Notes under the pieces: model-generated
Seen by the model: only the letters and a program-made list of their open reading frames with translations
Told to the model about the DNA's origin: nothing
Databases searched by the model: none
Made by a program: the position numbers and the translations under genes
Assembly: GCA_947589175.1 (NCBI GenBank)
Contig: CANPZR010000001.1
Span: 1-42,500, forward strand
Reading direction: 5' to 3'
Length of the DNA stretch: 42,500 bases
Origin: an uncultured Lachnospiraceae bacterium
GTDB taxonomy: Bacteria > Bacillota > Clostridia > Lachnospirales > Lachnospiraceae
Shown here: positions 20,605-30,374 of the stretch, piece by piece
Layout of the letters: each line of letters begins with the position of its first letter
Position numbering within the stretch: position 1 is the stretch's first letter

Positions 20605-21339
20605 ATGTGGTATGTGGTGCAGACGATGGCCGGGCAGGAGCAGGACTGCCTTGCCGTGTGCAGGGCCAAAATAGACCCGTCCTTATATAAGGAAATGTTT
20701 GTGCCTCTTTACATCGACAAAATGCGTTTTCGGAAGCAGTGGCATGATGTGAAAAAAGTGCTGTTTCCGGGCTACTTTTTCGTGGATACGGAAAATATCC
20801 GCGATGTGGCGGAGGAGCTGGCGCGGATCGACCGGTTCACTAAAGTGCTCCGGAATGCTGAGGAAATCGCCCCCATCCGGGACGAAGAACAGAAATTTCT
20901 CCAGAGCATGATGAATGAGGAACATATCGTGGAGTGCTCCCAGGGGATGATTATCGGAGACCGGGTGTGCATCACGGAGGGGCCGCTGCGGAACCACTAT
21001 GGATTTATCCGGAAGGTGGACAGGCACAGGCGGGAAGCCCGGCTGGAGATTAACTTCTTTGGGAGACTGACTCCGGTGAAGGTAGGGCTGCAGATCGTCA
21101 CGAAGCTGACGGAGGAGCAGTTTGAAAAGCTGAAAAAGGATACGCTGGAGATGTATTCGGAGGTGCTGGGTGAAACTGCAAGGCCGAAAACCGTGAAGAT
21201 AAAATCGGGCGTGTTTGCTGGGCTGCAAGGGATTCTCTTGTCTAAGAATGAAAAAAAGGATGAGTGGCGTGTGAGGATTGAATTGTTTGAACACCCCACG
21301 GAAGTGGTCTTCTCGGGAGAGGAGATCGAGAATGAATAG
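20605..21339 (+). CDS. loaP: LoaP-like antiterminator (copy 2) with an additional C-terminal KOW domain
   Basis: MWYVVQ, LFPGYFFV, GDRVCITEGPL...IRKVDRHRR, then a second KOW-like VKIKSGVFAGLQG...VRIELFEHPTEV. Confidence 0.85.
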   Translation: MWYVVQTMAGQEQDCLAVCRAKIDPSLYKEMFVPLYIDKMRFRKQWHDVKKVLFPGYFFVDTENIRDVAEELARIDRFTKVLRNAEEIAPIRDEEQKFLQSMMNEEHIVECSQGMIIGDRVCITEGPLRNHYGFIRKVDRHRREARLEINFFGRLTPVKVGLQIVTKLTEEQFEKLKKDTLEMYSEVLGETARPKTVKIKSGVFAGLQGILLSKNEKKDEWRVRIELFEHPTEVVFSGEEIENE

Positions 21340-21413
21340 GAAGTTCCAAAATAAAATCGCCGCTAGGACAGCGCGTTTTGTGGAGGAATGGATATAAAAT
21401 GACCCGATTCAAG

Positions 21414-21453
21414 GTGGCTTGCCATGTTGGAATGGCGAAGCTATGTCTTTTTT
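21414..21453 (+). terminator. Putative intrinsic terminator before the first biosynthetic gene
   Basis: GTGGCTT-GCCAT-gttgga-ATGGC-g-AAGCTAT stem followed by GTCTTTTTT. Confidence 0.55.
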
Positions 21454-21495
21454 GTGTATAGATGGTCAATAAAAAGATATAATGAGGCATATTTA

Positions 21496-22026
21496 ATGGA
21501 CAAGTTTATTAAAAGTGATTTGTATAGATATATGGGAAATACATCCGCTAGTAGTTTTTTAAAAGCATATTTTCGTATTCCTGCTTTTAGATATCAGGTT
21601 GCATTTCGCATGGTGAATTCAAGAGGATTAAAGAAAGTATGCGGGGGGGTACTGTGGAAACTCAGAAATAAACAGACCATTCAGCTTCCAAGAAAAACAA
21701 AAGTTGGATATGGATTATATATAGGTCATAGCGGACCTATTGTTATAAGTCCAACGGCTGTGATAGGAAATAATGTGAACCTTTCCCAGTTTACGACAAT
21801 CGGGACAAATAAGGGGGCAGCGGCTCAAATTGGAGACAATGTTTATATAGGACCTGGTGTATGTATTGTTGAGAATGTAAAAATAGGAAATAACGTTACA
21901 ATCGGCGCTGGAAGCGTGGTTACAAAGGACATCCCGGAAAATGCAACAGCAGTGGGAAATTACGCAAAGGTTATAAATTTTGATAATCCAGAGAGATTTA
22001 TAGGAAATAAGTGGAATGATTTATAA
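21496..22026 (+). CDS. Serine-acetyltransferase-like hexapeptide O-acetyltransferase (in-frame G7 tract at 21643-21649)
   Basis: LbH repeats IGNNVNLSQFTTIG, IGDNVYIGPG, IGAGSVVTKDIP. Confidence 0.85.
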   Translation: MDKFIKSDLYRYMGNTSASSFLKAYFRIPAFRYQVAFRMVNSRGLKKVCGGVLWKLRNKQTIQLPRKTKVGYGLYIGHSGPIVISPTAVIGNNVNLSQFTTIGTNKGAAAQIGDNVYIGPGVCIVENVKIGNNVTIGAGSVVTKDIPENATAVGNYAKVINFDNPERFIGNKWNDL

Positions 22027-22087
22027 CAGTGATTAGAAAAATCACATAAGAAACAAAGCTATGTTTTGTTGAAAGGAAATTGGTTAG

Positions 22088-23209
22088 ATGAAAAAAGTAA
22101 TGCTGGTCTTTGGAACAAGGCCGGAAGCAATTAAAATATGTCCGCTTGTAAATGAACTAAAGACAAGAAGCAGTATTCAGACAGTGGTCTGCGTGACTGC
22201 GCAGCACAGGCAGATGCTGGACCAGGTGCTGGAGACATTCGGAGTTGTACCGGATTACGATCTGAATATCATGAAAGAAAGGCAGACACTTTTCGATATT
22301 ACAACCAATATTTTATGTGGAATCAGGGAAGTGCTTGAGAAGGAGAAACCGGATGTGGTTCTTGTGCATGGTGATACATCAACTACATTTGTTACGGCGC
22401 TGGCCTGTTTTTATCTGCAGATTCCTGTGGGGCACGTTGAGGCGGGACTCCGTACATATAACATTTACAGCCCCTATCCGGAGGAGTTCAATCGACAGGC
22501 TGTCGGCATTATATCCCAGTACAATTTTGCGCCGACGGAGCTTGCGGCGGAACATCTGATTAAAGAAGGGAAAAATCCAGAAACAATTTATATCACGGGC
22601 AATACAGTGATTGACGCCATGCAGCATACAGTAAAGGGCGATTACAAGCATCCCGAACTGGACTGGGTGGGGGATGGAAAGCTTATTTTTATCACGGCCC
22701 ACCGCAGGGAAAATCTCGGAGAGCCCATGCACCATATGTTTCGCGCCATCCGTCGGGTTCTGGATGAACATCCGGAGTGCAGGGCGGTCTATCCGATTCA
22801 TATGAATCCTGCCGTGCGGCAGGCGGCGGATGAGGAGCTGGGCGGATGCGAACAGATTCACATTATAGAGCCGATTGAGGTTTTTGACTGCCACAATTTT
22901 GAGACAAGGGCCTTTCTGTGCCTGACCGATTCCGGCGGGATTCAGGAAGAATGTCCGTCTTATGGGGTGCCGGTGCTTGTGATGAGGGATACGACGGAGA
23001 GGCCAGAAGGCGTGGATGCCGGGACGTTGCGGCTGGTCGGCACAGATGAAGAAGATATCTATCGGAATTTCAAAGAACTTTTGGAAGATAAAGATGCTTA
23101 TGAGGCGATGAGCCATGCATGCAATCCTTATGGGGACGGGCGTGCATGCAAGCGGATTGCGGATATTTTGGAGACGGGCAAATATGAGCCTTGGTTAGTT
23201 GAAAAATAA
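22088..23209 (+). CDS. wecB: UDP-N-acetylglucosamine 2-epimerase (non-hydrolysing)
   Basis: FGTRPEAIK, HGDTST, HVEAGLR, TDSGGIQEE and NPYGDG motifs. Confidence 0.95.
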   Translation: MKKVMLVFGTRPEAIKICPLVNELKTRSSIQTVVCVTAQHRQMLDQVLETFGVVPDYDLNIMKERQTLFDITTNILCGIREVLEKEKPDVVLVHGDTSTTFVTALACFYLQIPVGHVEAGLRTYNIYSPYPEEFNRQAVGIISQYNFAPTELAAEHLIKEGKNPETIYITGNTVIDAMQHTVKGDYKHPELDWVGDGKLIFITAHRRENLGEPMHHMFRAIRRVLDEHPECRAVYPIHMNPAVRQAADEELGGCEQIHIIEPIEVFDCHNFETRAFLCLTDSGGIQEECPSYGVPVLVMRDTTERPEGVDAGTLRLVGTDEEDIYRNFKELLEDKDAYEAMSHACNPYGDGRACKRIADILETGKYEPWLVEK

Positions 23210-23231
23210 TCCCATAGAGGTGAGAATCATT

Positions 23232-23996
23232 ATGCAGAATAACAGATACCCGATTTTAAATACTTATGTAAATGCCGTTTCTATGGAGGAAACAATCGCT
23301 GAGGTAGAAAAAATCATAAAATCAGGCGTCCCGACTCAGCACGTTGTTATCAATGCCTTGAAGATAAACCTGATGAATGAAGATCCTGAATTAAGGACGA
23401 TAGTAAACTCATGTCCGTTGATAAATGCGGACGGAGCTTCTATTTTATGGGCGGCAAAAAAGCTGGGAGTTCCTCTGAAGGAACGGGTAGCTGGCATTGA
23501 TCTGTTTTTAAAACTTGTGAAAGTTGCTGCTGATAAAGGATATAAAATATATCTTTTTGGAGCCAAGGAAGAAGTAGTGCAGAAAGTTAAGAACATTTTT
23601 TTAGAACAGTATCCATCGTTAAAAATTGTAGGTGTACGGAACGGTTATTTCAAAGAAGAAGATGAATCTGAGATAGTTTCAGATATGGTTGCGTCCGGCG
23701 CCGATATGATGTTTGTTGCTTTTTCCAGTCCCAAAAAAGAATATTGGATTAATAAGTATTTAAATGAGGTTCATATCCCATTTGTTATGGGCGTAGGAGG
23801 CAGCTTTGATGTTGTAGCTGGCGTGACAGACAGAGCACCAAAGTGGATGCAGAACCACGGCTTAGAATGGTTTTATAGATTTATACAAGAGCCGCGGCGG
23901 CTATGGAATAGGTATATAATAGGGAATTGGAAGTTTGTACTCTATACATACAAAACCAAACGGATGAAGAAAACTCAAATAAGTGTAGGATCATGA
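23232..23996 (+). CDS. WecG/TagA/CpsF-family (GT26) glycosyltransferase
   Basis: NADGASI, ERVAGIDL, GVGGSFD and RAPKWMQNHGLEWFYR motifs. Confidence 0.92.
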   Translation: MQNNRYPILNTYVNAVSMEETIAEVEKIIKSGVPTQHVVINALKINLMNEDPELRTIVNSCPLINADGASILWAAKKLGVPLKERVAGIDLFLKLVKVAADKGYKIYLFGAKEEVVQKVKNIFLEQYPSLKIVGVRNGYFKEEDESEIVSDMVASGADMMFVAFSSPKKEYWINKYLNEVHIPFVMGVGGSFDVVAGVTDRAPKWMQNHGLEWFYRFIQEPRRLWNRYIIGNWKFVLYTYKTKRMKKTQISVGS

Positions 23997-24063
23997 GGAT
24001 AAATGCCAGTTAGGGTTTAAGCATACGGCGTATTGAAGCGTTAATTACAGGAGGAATTACAAA

Positions 24064-25284
24064 ATGGTAAATGTAATCGGACTTGGCTATATCGGACTTC
24101 CCACAGCGCTGATGATGGCTGCCCACGGCGTGGAAGTCGTCGGTACAGATTACAACAAAAAATTGGTGGATACTCTTAATGCGGGAAAAACTACCTTTAA
24201 AGAAAATGGCATAGATGAGCTTTTTGCGGAAGCGGTAAAGAACGGAATCAAGTTCACCACGGAGTATCAGATTACTGAAACATATATTATTTCGGTTCCT
24301 ACTCCTTATGATAAGTTCAGCAAAAAGGTGGATGCCTGCTATGTGATAGCGGCCGTGGAAAATGTGCTGGATGTTTGCCCGAAGGGCGCGACAGTTGTTA
24401 TAGAATCTACGGTATCACCGGGAACCATCGATAAATTTGTCCGTCCTGCCATAGAAGCAAAAGGATTCAAGATTGGAAATGACATCCATCTTGTTCATGC
24501 GCCTGAACGCATTATCCCGGGCAATATGGTCTACGAGCTTCTGCACAATAACCGCACTATTGGCGCGGACGAGCAGGAAATCGGCGAGAAGATCAAGAGC
24601 CTCTATGCCTCCTTCTGTCAGGGAGAAATTGTGGTTACGGATATCCGAACAGCAGAAATGACAAAAGTTGTTGAAAATACATTCCGGGCTGTCAATATAG
24701 CCTTTGCAAATGAGCTTGCGAAGATTTGTCGTCACGATAACATGGATGTGTATGAAATTATCAAAATCTGCAATATGCATCCCCGCGTGAATATACTCCA
24801 ACCTGGCCCCGGCGTAGGAGGCCACTGCATCAGCGTTGATCCTTGGTTCCTGGTTGGCGATTATCCGAGCCTTGCCAAAGTTATAGATGAATCAATGAAA
24901 ACAAATGATGGCATGCCGGATTTTGTGCTGAACCGCATTTACGAGATCATGAAGGAGAAAGGAATTACAGATGCGGGAAGAGTGGGGCTTTATGGCCTTA
25001 CATACAAAGAAAATGTAGACGATATGAGAGAGTCGCCGACCTTGCAGCTTTTGGCGTCTCAGCGGCATCATCTAGCCGCGCCGCTTCTCTGCTATGATCC
25101 ATATATTCAGAATGACGTTGTGCCAAATCAGGTGCATGATCTGGATGAATTTCTTGGCCGGTGTGATGTCGTGGTCATTATGGTTAAGCATGATGAGATT
25201 AGGAATAATGTGGAAAAATTGAAAGATAAAGTTGTGCTGGATTGTCAGAACATTATTGATTTGCAGGGGGTATATCATATATAG
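24064..25284 (+). CDS. wecC: UDP-N-acetyl-D-mannosamine dehydrogenase-type nucleotide sugar dehydrogenase
   Basis: GLGYIGLP, ESTVSPG, PERIIPG, GPGVGGHCISVDPWF, GLTYKENVDDMRESP; next to wecB. Confidence 0.85.
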   Translation: MVNVIGLGYIGLPTALMMAAHGVEVVGTDYNKKLVDTLNAGKTTFKENGIDELFAEAVKNGIKFTTEYQITETYIISVPTPYDKFSKKVDACYVIAAVENVLDVCPKGATVVIESTVSPGTIDKFVRPAIEAKGFKIGNDIHLVHAPERIIPGNMVYELLHNNRTIGADEQEIGEKIKSLYASFCQGEIVVTDIRTAEMTKVVENTFRAVNIAFANELAKICRHDNMDVYEIIKICNMHPRVNILQPGPGVGGHCISVDPWFLVGDYPSLAKVIDESMKTNDGMPDFVLNRIYEIMKEKGITDAGRVGLYGLTYKENVDDMRESPTLQLLASQRHHLAAPLLCYDPYIQNDVVPNQVHDLDEFLGRCDVVVIMVKHDEIRNNVEKLKDKVVLDCQNIIDLQGVYHI

Positions 25285-25810
25285 ATGAATATAAAGAAAT
25301 ATTTGGGATGGATCCTTTATACGTTTTGTGGGGGGGGTACTGCCACACGGGGGTTATAAGCAATTTCCGCTTTCGCAGAGCATAAGACGGTTGTCCGGTA
25401 AATTGCTTTTTGATTACTGCGGAAAAGGAGTCAACATTGGACGGAGAATACGGTGTTCAAGAAATATTTCACTTGGAAATGGGTCAGGCATAGGCGATTA
25501 TTCTTATATATCAGGTGAGGTATGTATCGGAAATCATGTAATGATAGCGCCAAGATGTGTGTTTATTGCAATGAACCACAGATTTTCATCAGAATATCCA
25601 TTTCAAGAAATAGAGGGCGAAAAAAAGAAAATTGAGATTGGTGATAATGTTTGGATTGGCTATGGAGCAATGATATTGGCTGGAGTTAAGGTTGGTGACG
25701 GCAGTATTATTGCGGCGGGCTCTGTAGTGACTAAAGATATAGAGCCTTATAGTGTTGTGGGTGGTGTGCCGGCAAAGTTGATTAAAAAAAGGACACGGAC
25801 AGATGACTGA
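25285..25810 (+). pseudogene. Hexapeptide O-acetyltransferase frameshifted at G8 (25330-25337)
   Basis: ATG 25285 directly follows the wecC stop and reads MNIKKYLGWILYTFCGGGTATRGL*. The LbH domain is in the +1 frame; G7 would give a 174-aa protein. Confidence 0.82.
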
Positions 25811-25875
25811 ACTGGTTAGAACTAATGGAAGGGTCATTTGCATAGAAATAGCAGATAGGGAAGAAGGCTTTTATA

Positions 25876-26937
25876 ATGAAAATACTGCATATAGGTCCTG
25901 ACTTATCTAAGTCTAGAGGCGGCATGGTTTCAGTAATCAGTGAAATTATAGAGGATACTCATTTAAACGAAAAATTTCATATGGATATATATAGCTCATA
26001 TATCAGCGGCATTTTTTTTGTGCGTTTATTTTATTCCATGTTTTCTTTTTTAAAATTTTACTTTTCTAAACAAAAGTATGATATATATCATATTCATGCA
26101 GCATCGCGAGGAAGCATTTTTAGAAAGGGCTTGTATGTCAGGACAGCTAAAAAGTGGGGAAAGAAAGTCATTCTTCATATACATTCCGGCATTTTTATTG
26201 ATTATTATAAGAATCTTACGGATAAAAGAAAAGCATTAGTTAAGAACATACTGGAGATGTCTGATCAAGTGATTGTTCTGTCTGAAGGATGGAAAAGGGC
26301 ATTTGTTAAAGAATTTGGATTAAGAAATTGTCAAGTTTTGAGAAATTGTGTTGATTTAGATAAATTTGAAGGCGCGGTTTCGGATCCGAAATTACATAAT
26401 CATTCTTTTGGCGTACTTGCAAAAATTGGACCAGAAAAAGGAATTTATGATTTAATTGATGCGACTGAATTAGCTAAAAAGAAAATACCGGATATTAAAA
26501 TCTTTCTGGCAGGTGAGGGGGAAACAGATAATGTAAAGAATTTGGCCCGCAGGAAGAATCTAGAAGATAACATTCATGTAGTTGGCTGGGTGGATTTTGA
26601 GAAAAAGATAGCATTATTGAAAAAAGTAGCAACAGTTGTTTTGCCTTCTTATAGTGAAGGACTGCCAATGGCTATATTGGAAGGCATGGCTTGTGGTAAA
26701 GCAATTATCAGTACTTTTGTTGGAGCGATTCCAGAAGTTGTGGGTGATACGAATGGTACTCTAATTTCACCAGGAGACGTGAAGGCTCTGTCCGATGCCT
26801 TGATTGAATATGCCACGAATCCAGATAAGTTGGAAAGAGTATCCATAGAAAATATTAGCAAGATAAGAGATGAATATAGCATTGAAAAAAGGAATCAGAT
26901 ATTGAGTGGATATTATGAGCAGGTAGCATTGTTGTAA
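25876..26937 (+). CDS. Glycosyltransferase family 4
   Basis: VLPSYSEGLPMAILEGMACG (EX7E) motif; GT-B length. Confidence 0.9.
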   Translation: MKILHIGPDLSKSRGGMVSVISEIIEDTHLNEKFHMDIYSSYISGIFFVRLFYSMFSFLKFYFSKQKYDIYHIHAASRGSIFRKGLYVRTAKKWGKKVILHIHSGIFIDYYKNLTDKRKALVKNILEMSDQVIVLSEGWKRAFVKEFGLRNCQVLRNCVDLDKFEGAVSDPKLHNHSFGVLAKIGPEKGIYDLIDATELAKKKIPDIKIFLAGEGETDNVKNLARRKNLEDNIHVVGWVDFEKKIALLKKVATVVLPSYSEGLPMAILEGMACGKAIISTFVGAIPEVVGDTNGTLISPGDVKALSDALIEYATNPDKLERVSIENISKIRDEYSIEKRNQILSGYYEQVALL

Positions 26938-26961
26938 TATGATTGAGAGGGAAAAATAAAA

Positions 26962-28677
26962 ATGCCGGGTTTTTATGTTAGCAATACAGCATTGAATATA
27001 GAATTAAAAGATAGGTATCCCGAATACTGTATAGAAGAAGATATATTGAACGAGAAAATGACAGTAAAAAGAAGCACTCTCAATAAGTTCCTAGACGACA
27101 AGGCGTTTGATTGGGATGGAAATTATTTAATTGTTACAGAAGGTTATCTGTTGAATAAAGCAGAACTGTTTCAAATCTATAAAGTAAGTACAGTTGCTGA
27201 TTTGGCTCGGGAGATGTATAGGCAAAAGGGGGAGACTTTTTTTGAGGCCTTTAGAGGATCATTTTCTGGAGTATTTTATGATAATACACTAGACAAATGG
27301 CTCATATATACAAATCATACAGGTGAAAATCCTGTTTTTTACACATTGTTTGATTCTGAGTTTTATGCCGGATCTCAGGTAGTATATTTGTTAGAGGCCT
27401 TGAAGAAAACAAATTACAAGCTTCATTTGGATGAGGACGCTGCATATCAAATGCTTACATTTGGATTTATGGAGCGGGACAATACTTATGCTCAGGAGAT
27501 ACGCCGTCTGCGCGGAGGAACATATCTGCGAGTGGAACATGGAAAAGCAGAAATTAAAGAATACCATATGTTTCATAAACATCCGGAGCGCTTTGAGGGC
27601 AAATCTGTAGATGAAATTATTGACGAGCTTGATTCTGCGTTCAGAAAAGCGGTTGAATTGGAGTATAAAAAGGATGAGGAATACGGATACCACCATCTTG
27701 CTGATATGAGCGGTGGGCTTGATTCGCGTATGAGCGCATGGGTCGCTCATGAGATGAAATCACGACATCTTCAGCTTCTTACATATTGTAAAGCAAATTA
27801 TTTGGATGAGCTGATTGCAAAGCAAATTGCTCAATATTGGAAAGATGAGATACTTGTGAAGCCTTTGGATGACCTGTCGTTTATATATGACATAGATGAT
27901 ATCGTAAGAATGAATGCCGGATTGTCATTTTATATTGGTATAACCGGCGGAAAACGTATGCTCGGCAATTTCAGGACTGAGAATTATGGCTTGGAACACA
28001 CGGGGATGATTGGAGACGTTGTAATAGGCTCCTTTTATAAAGATGAAAAAGAAGCGGTCGCCATTAAGAAAACAGGAAGATATTCTGAAAAACTTGCTCA
28101 CCGTCTAAAAGAATCAGATAGCTTCAAAAGTATATTTGAAGATCATGAGATATATTTGATATATACTCGTGCTATACAAGGGGCAGCAATTACTTCGTTA
28201 ATACGAAATAATTATACTGAAATGGCATCACCGTTTATGAATACTGATTTTCTACAGCTTTGTTTAGACATTCCTGTGAAATTGAGAATCGACCATTACT
28301 TATACAAGAAATGGATACTCTCTAAATATCCGGAGGCGGCAAAATATAAGTGGGAAAAAACTAATGCAAGGATTAGTGCCCCTAATATTATTTGTAAAAT
28401 AAAACACATAATAAACAGGGGACCTAATTATTTGCTTAGAAAAATCGGCAAACAGAATATTTTAGCCGCAGGTATGAATCCGGTTGATTATTGGTTGCAA
28501 CGAGATGAACGGGCTAAAAGATTTTGGGACGAGTATTTCAATAAAAACTTTCCTCATTTGCAAGAACATGCGACCAAGCAGTTGTATTCTGATGTTCAAG
28601 AATTATATTTAACAGGAAATGCAAATGAAAAGGCTATGGCGCTTACTGTGTTAAGTGCAGCGAAACTTTATTTTTAA
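26962..28677 (+). CDS. Asparagine-synthetase-like amidotransferase/ligase
   Basis: SGGLDS PP-loop, N-terminal Ntn-like domain, SPFMNTDF; N-terminus is MPG, not MCG. Confidence 0.78.
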   Translation: MPGFYVSNTALNIELKDRYPEYCIEEDILNEKMTVKRSTLNKFLDDKAFDWDGNYLIVTEGYLLNKAELFQIYKVSTVADLAREMYRQKGETFFEAFRGSFSGVFYDNTLDKWLIYTNHTGENPVFYTLFDSEFYAGSQVVYLLEALKKTNYKLHLDEDAAYQMLTFGFMERDNTYAQEIRRLRGGTYLRVEHGKAEIKEYHMFHKHPERFEGKSVDEIIDELDSAFRKAVELEYKKDEEYGYHHLADMSGGLDSRMSAWVAHEMKSRHLQLLTYCKANYLDELIAKQIAQYWKDEILVKPLDDLSFIYDIDDIVRMNAGLSFYIGITGGKRMLGNFRTENYGLEHTGMIGDVVIGSFYKDEKEAVAIKKTGRYSEKLAHRLKESDSFKSIFEDHEIYLIYTRAIQGAAITSLIRNNYTEMASPFMNTDFLQLCLDIPVKLRIDHYLYKKWILSKYPEAAKYKWEKTNARISAPNIICKIKHIINRGPNYLLRKIGKQNILAAGMNPVDYWLQRDERAKRFWDEYFNKNFPHLQEHATKQLYSDVQELYLTGNANEKAMALTVLSAAKLYF

Positions 28678-28721
28678 GCAATTTTCACATTGAATATCTG
28701 CAATATGGAAAGGAAATTAAA

Positions 28722-29284
28722 ATGCGAAGTCTAATTAGATATGCTGGAGCATTATTTTATCTTCCCAGAAATATTTGGCTCCTTAAAGAAATGACAAAAC
28801 AACAGGGCGTTAATTCTTGCGTTGGACTGGCTTATCGTATTCGTATGCGTTTATATGGAAGTTGGATTGATCCATATGCAGTCTTTCATGGAATGCCATG
28901 CTTTCCTCATGGACTGGCTGGAATTTTTATTGCGGGGGGGTAGTTGTCGGTAAAGATTGTGTAATATTCCAACAGGTAACGATAGGTAGTAATTTGCTTA
29001 ACAATACATCGAAACAAGGCATTCCTCATTTGGGTAATGCGTGCTATATAGGCGCTGGTGCCAAAATTATAGGTAGTGTTGAGGTGGGCGATTCTTGTCG
29101 TATAGGTGCAAATACTACCGTATATGAAAATGTGCCTGCAAATTCTACTGTTGTTAATGCTGGAGGAATGAGAATTATTTCCCATGTTTCACTGCTAGAC
29201 AATCGATTCTATAGAACAAATCAGAATGGGGAAAAAGAATACTTTATAAATGGTAGCTATAGAATCGATGGTAAGAAATTGTAA
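28722..29284 (+). pseudogene. Serine-acetyltransferase-like O-acetyltransferase split at G7-TAG (28934-28940)
   Basis: The 5' part ends PHGLAGIFIAGG*; the -1 frame continues VVVGKDCVIFQQVTIG...IGAGAKIIG. G8 would give 187 aa. Confidence 0.85.
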
Positions 29285-29300
29285 TTGAGGTGAGTATGCG

Positions 29301-30374
29301 ATGAACAAAATCAGGGTATTGGATTTGCTAGAGACGGGTGGAGTTGGCGGGATGGAGACCCTATGTTTAAATTCAGCTCAATATACAGCCCATGACCATA
29401 CATATCTTTTCTTGTGGAATGGTGGGAAAATATCTGATGAAATGATTGCCAGGGGATATAAAGTTGAAATATGGAACACGTCTGTAAAAAAATATTTAAA
29501 AGACTGCATAAGAATTGCGATGAAGTGCCGCAATGAAAAAATTGATGCAGTTATATGCCATGGACGAAATCCTATGATAGCTCTGTGTGCGGTGATGATA
29601 CATTTGCTTAGCAGTCATACACGTATATTAGGGTATGTCCATTCATCTCCAGAGGATTGGACTAAAAAAACAATTATTAGTTCTCGGATAATCTTTAGAT
29701 TAGCGCAAACAGTTATTTGTATTTCAGATAGTGTCTTAAATAGCGTAAAAAAATATTTTGGATACAGTGATAAATTGGTACGCATTTATAATGGTGTTGA
29801 AATTTCAAAGTTTCAGCAAAAAGAAGATGATAAAAGACCAGGCAACAGAATTGTTTATGTGGGGAGACTGACAGAGAAAAAAGGAGTGCAAATTATTTTA
29901 AGTGCATTATCCATAGTAGAAGTCAGTTTTCATTTGGATATTGTGGGCGATGGTGAATATAGATTACAACTAGAGAAAATGGCAAAAAATCTTGGACTTG
30001 ATGCTAATGTTACATTTCATGGAAATCAATTAGATGTTCAGTCTTTTTTATCAAAAGCAGACATATTTATTCACGTTCCTGTTTTGGAGGAGGGATTTGG
30101 TCTAACGGTTGTAGAGGCAATGGCTGCGGGCTTGCTTTGTATATGCTCAAAAAGTGGAGCTTTGCCAGAAATTATAGAGGATGGTGTGACGGGATATCTG
30201 GTTGAAAAGAATAATCCAGAAGAATTGGCACATATTATTCAGATATTAATAGAAGATTACTATAGTGACGAAAACAAAAGAATTAGGGCTAATGCAGTAA
30301 AAATTGCCAGGAAATACTCTATTGAAAGTTATTCAGTCCAAATTGATAAGTTATCAAGCAAATTGGGGGGGTAG
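29301..30374 (+). CDS. Glycosyltransferase family 4 ending in G7-TAG
   Basis: GGMET, VGRLTEKKG and EEGFGLTVVEAMAAG motifs. Confidence 0.9.
   Translation: MNKIRVLDLLETGGVGGMETLCLNSAQYTAHDHTYLFLWNGGKISDEMIARGYKVEIWNTSVKKYLKDCIRIAMKCRNEKIDAVICHGRNPMIALCAVMIHLLSSHTRILGYVHSSPEDWTKKTIISSRIIFRLAQTVICISDSVLNSVKKYFGYSDKLVRIYNGVEISKFQQKEDDKRPGNRIVYVGRLTEKKGVQIILSALSIVEVSFHLDIVGDGEYRLQLEKMAKNLGLDANVTFHGNQLDVQSFLSKADIFIHVPVLEEGFGLTVVEAMAAGLLCICSKSGALPEIIEDGVTGYLVEKNNPEELAHIIQILIEDYYSDENKRIRANAVKIARKYSIESYSVQIDKLSSKLGG

Noticed and set aside
20508..20690. 60-aa ORF as a frameshifted tail of recombinase 2
   Set aside because: It has no HxxR or GH...Y motif and overlaps loaP2 out of frame.
6663..25270. 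G5-G6 runs (hisZ ~6663, hisD ~7883, ~12232, end of wecC ~25266)
   Set aside because: They are short and in frame or RBS-like, and expected by chance.
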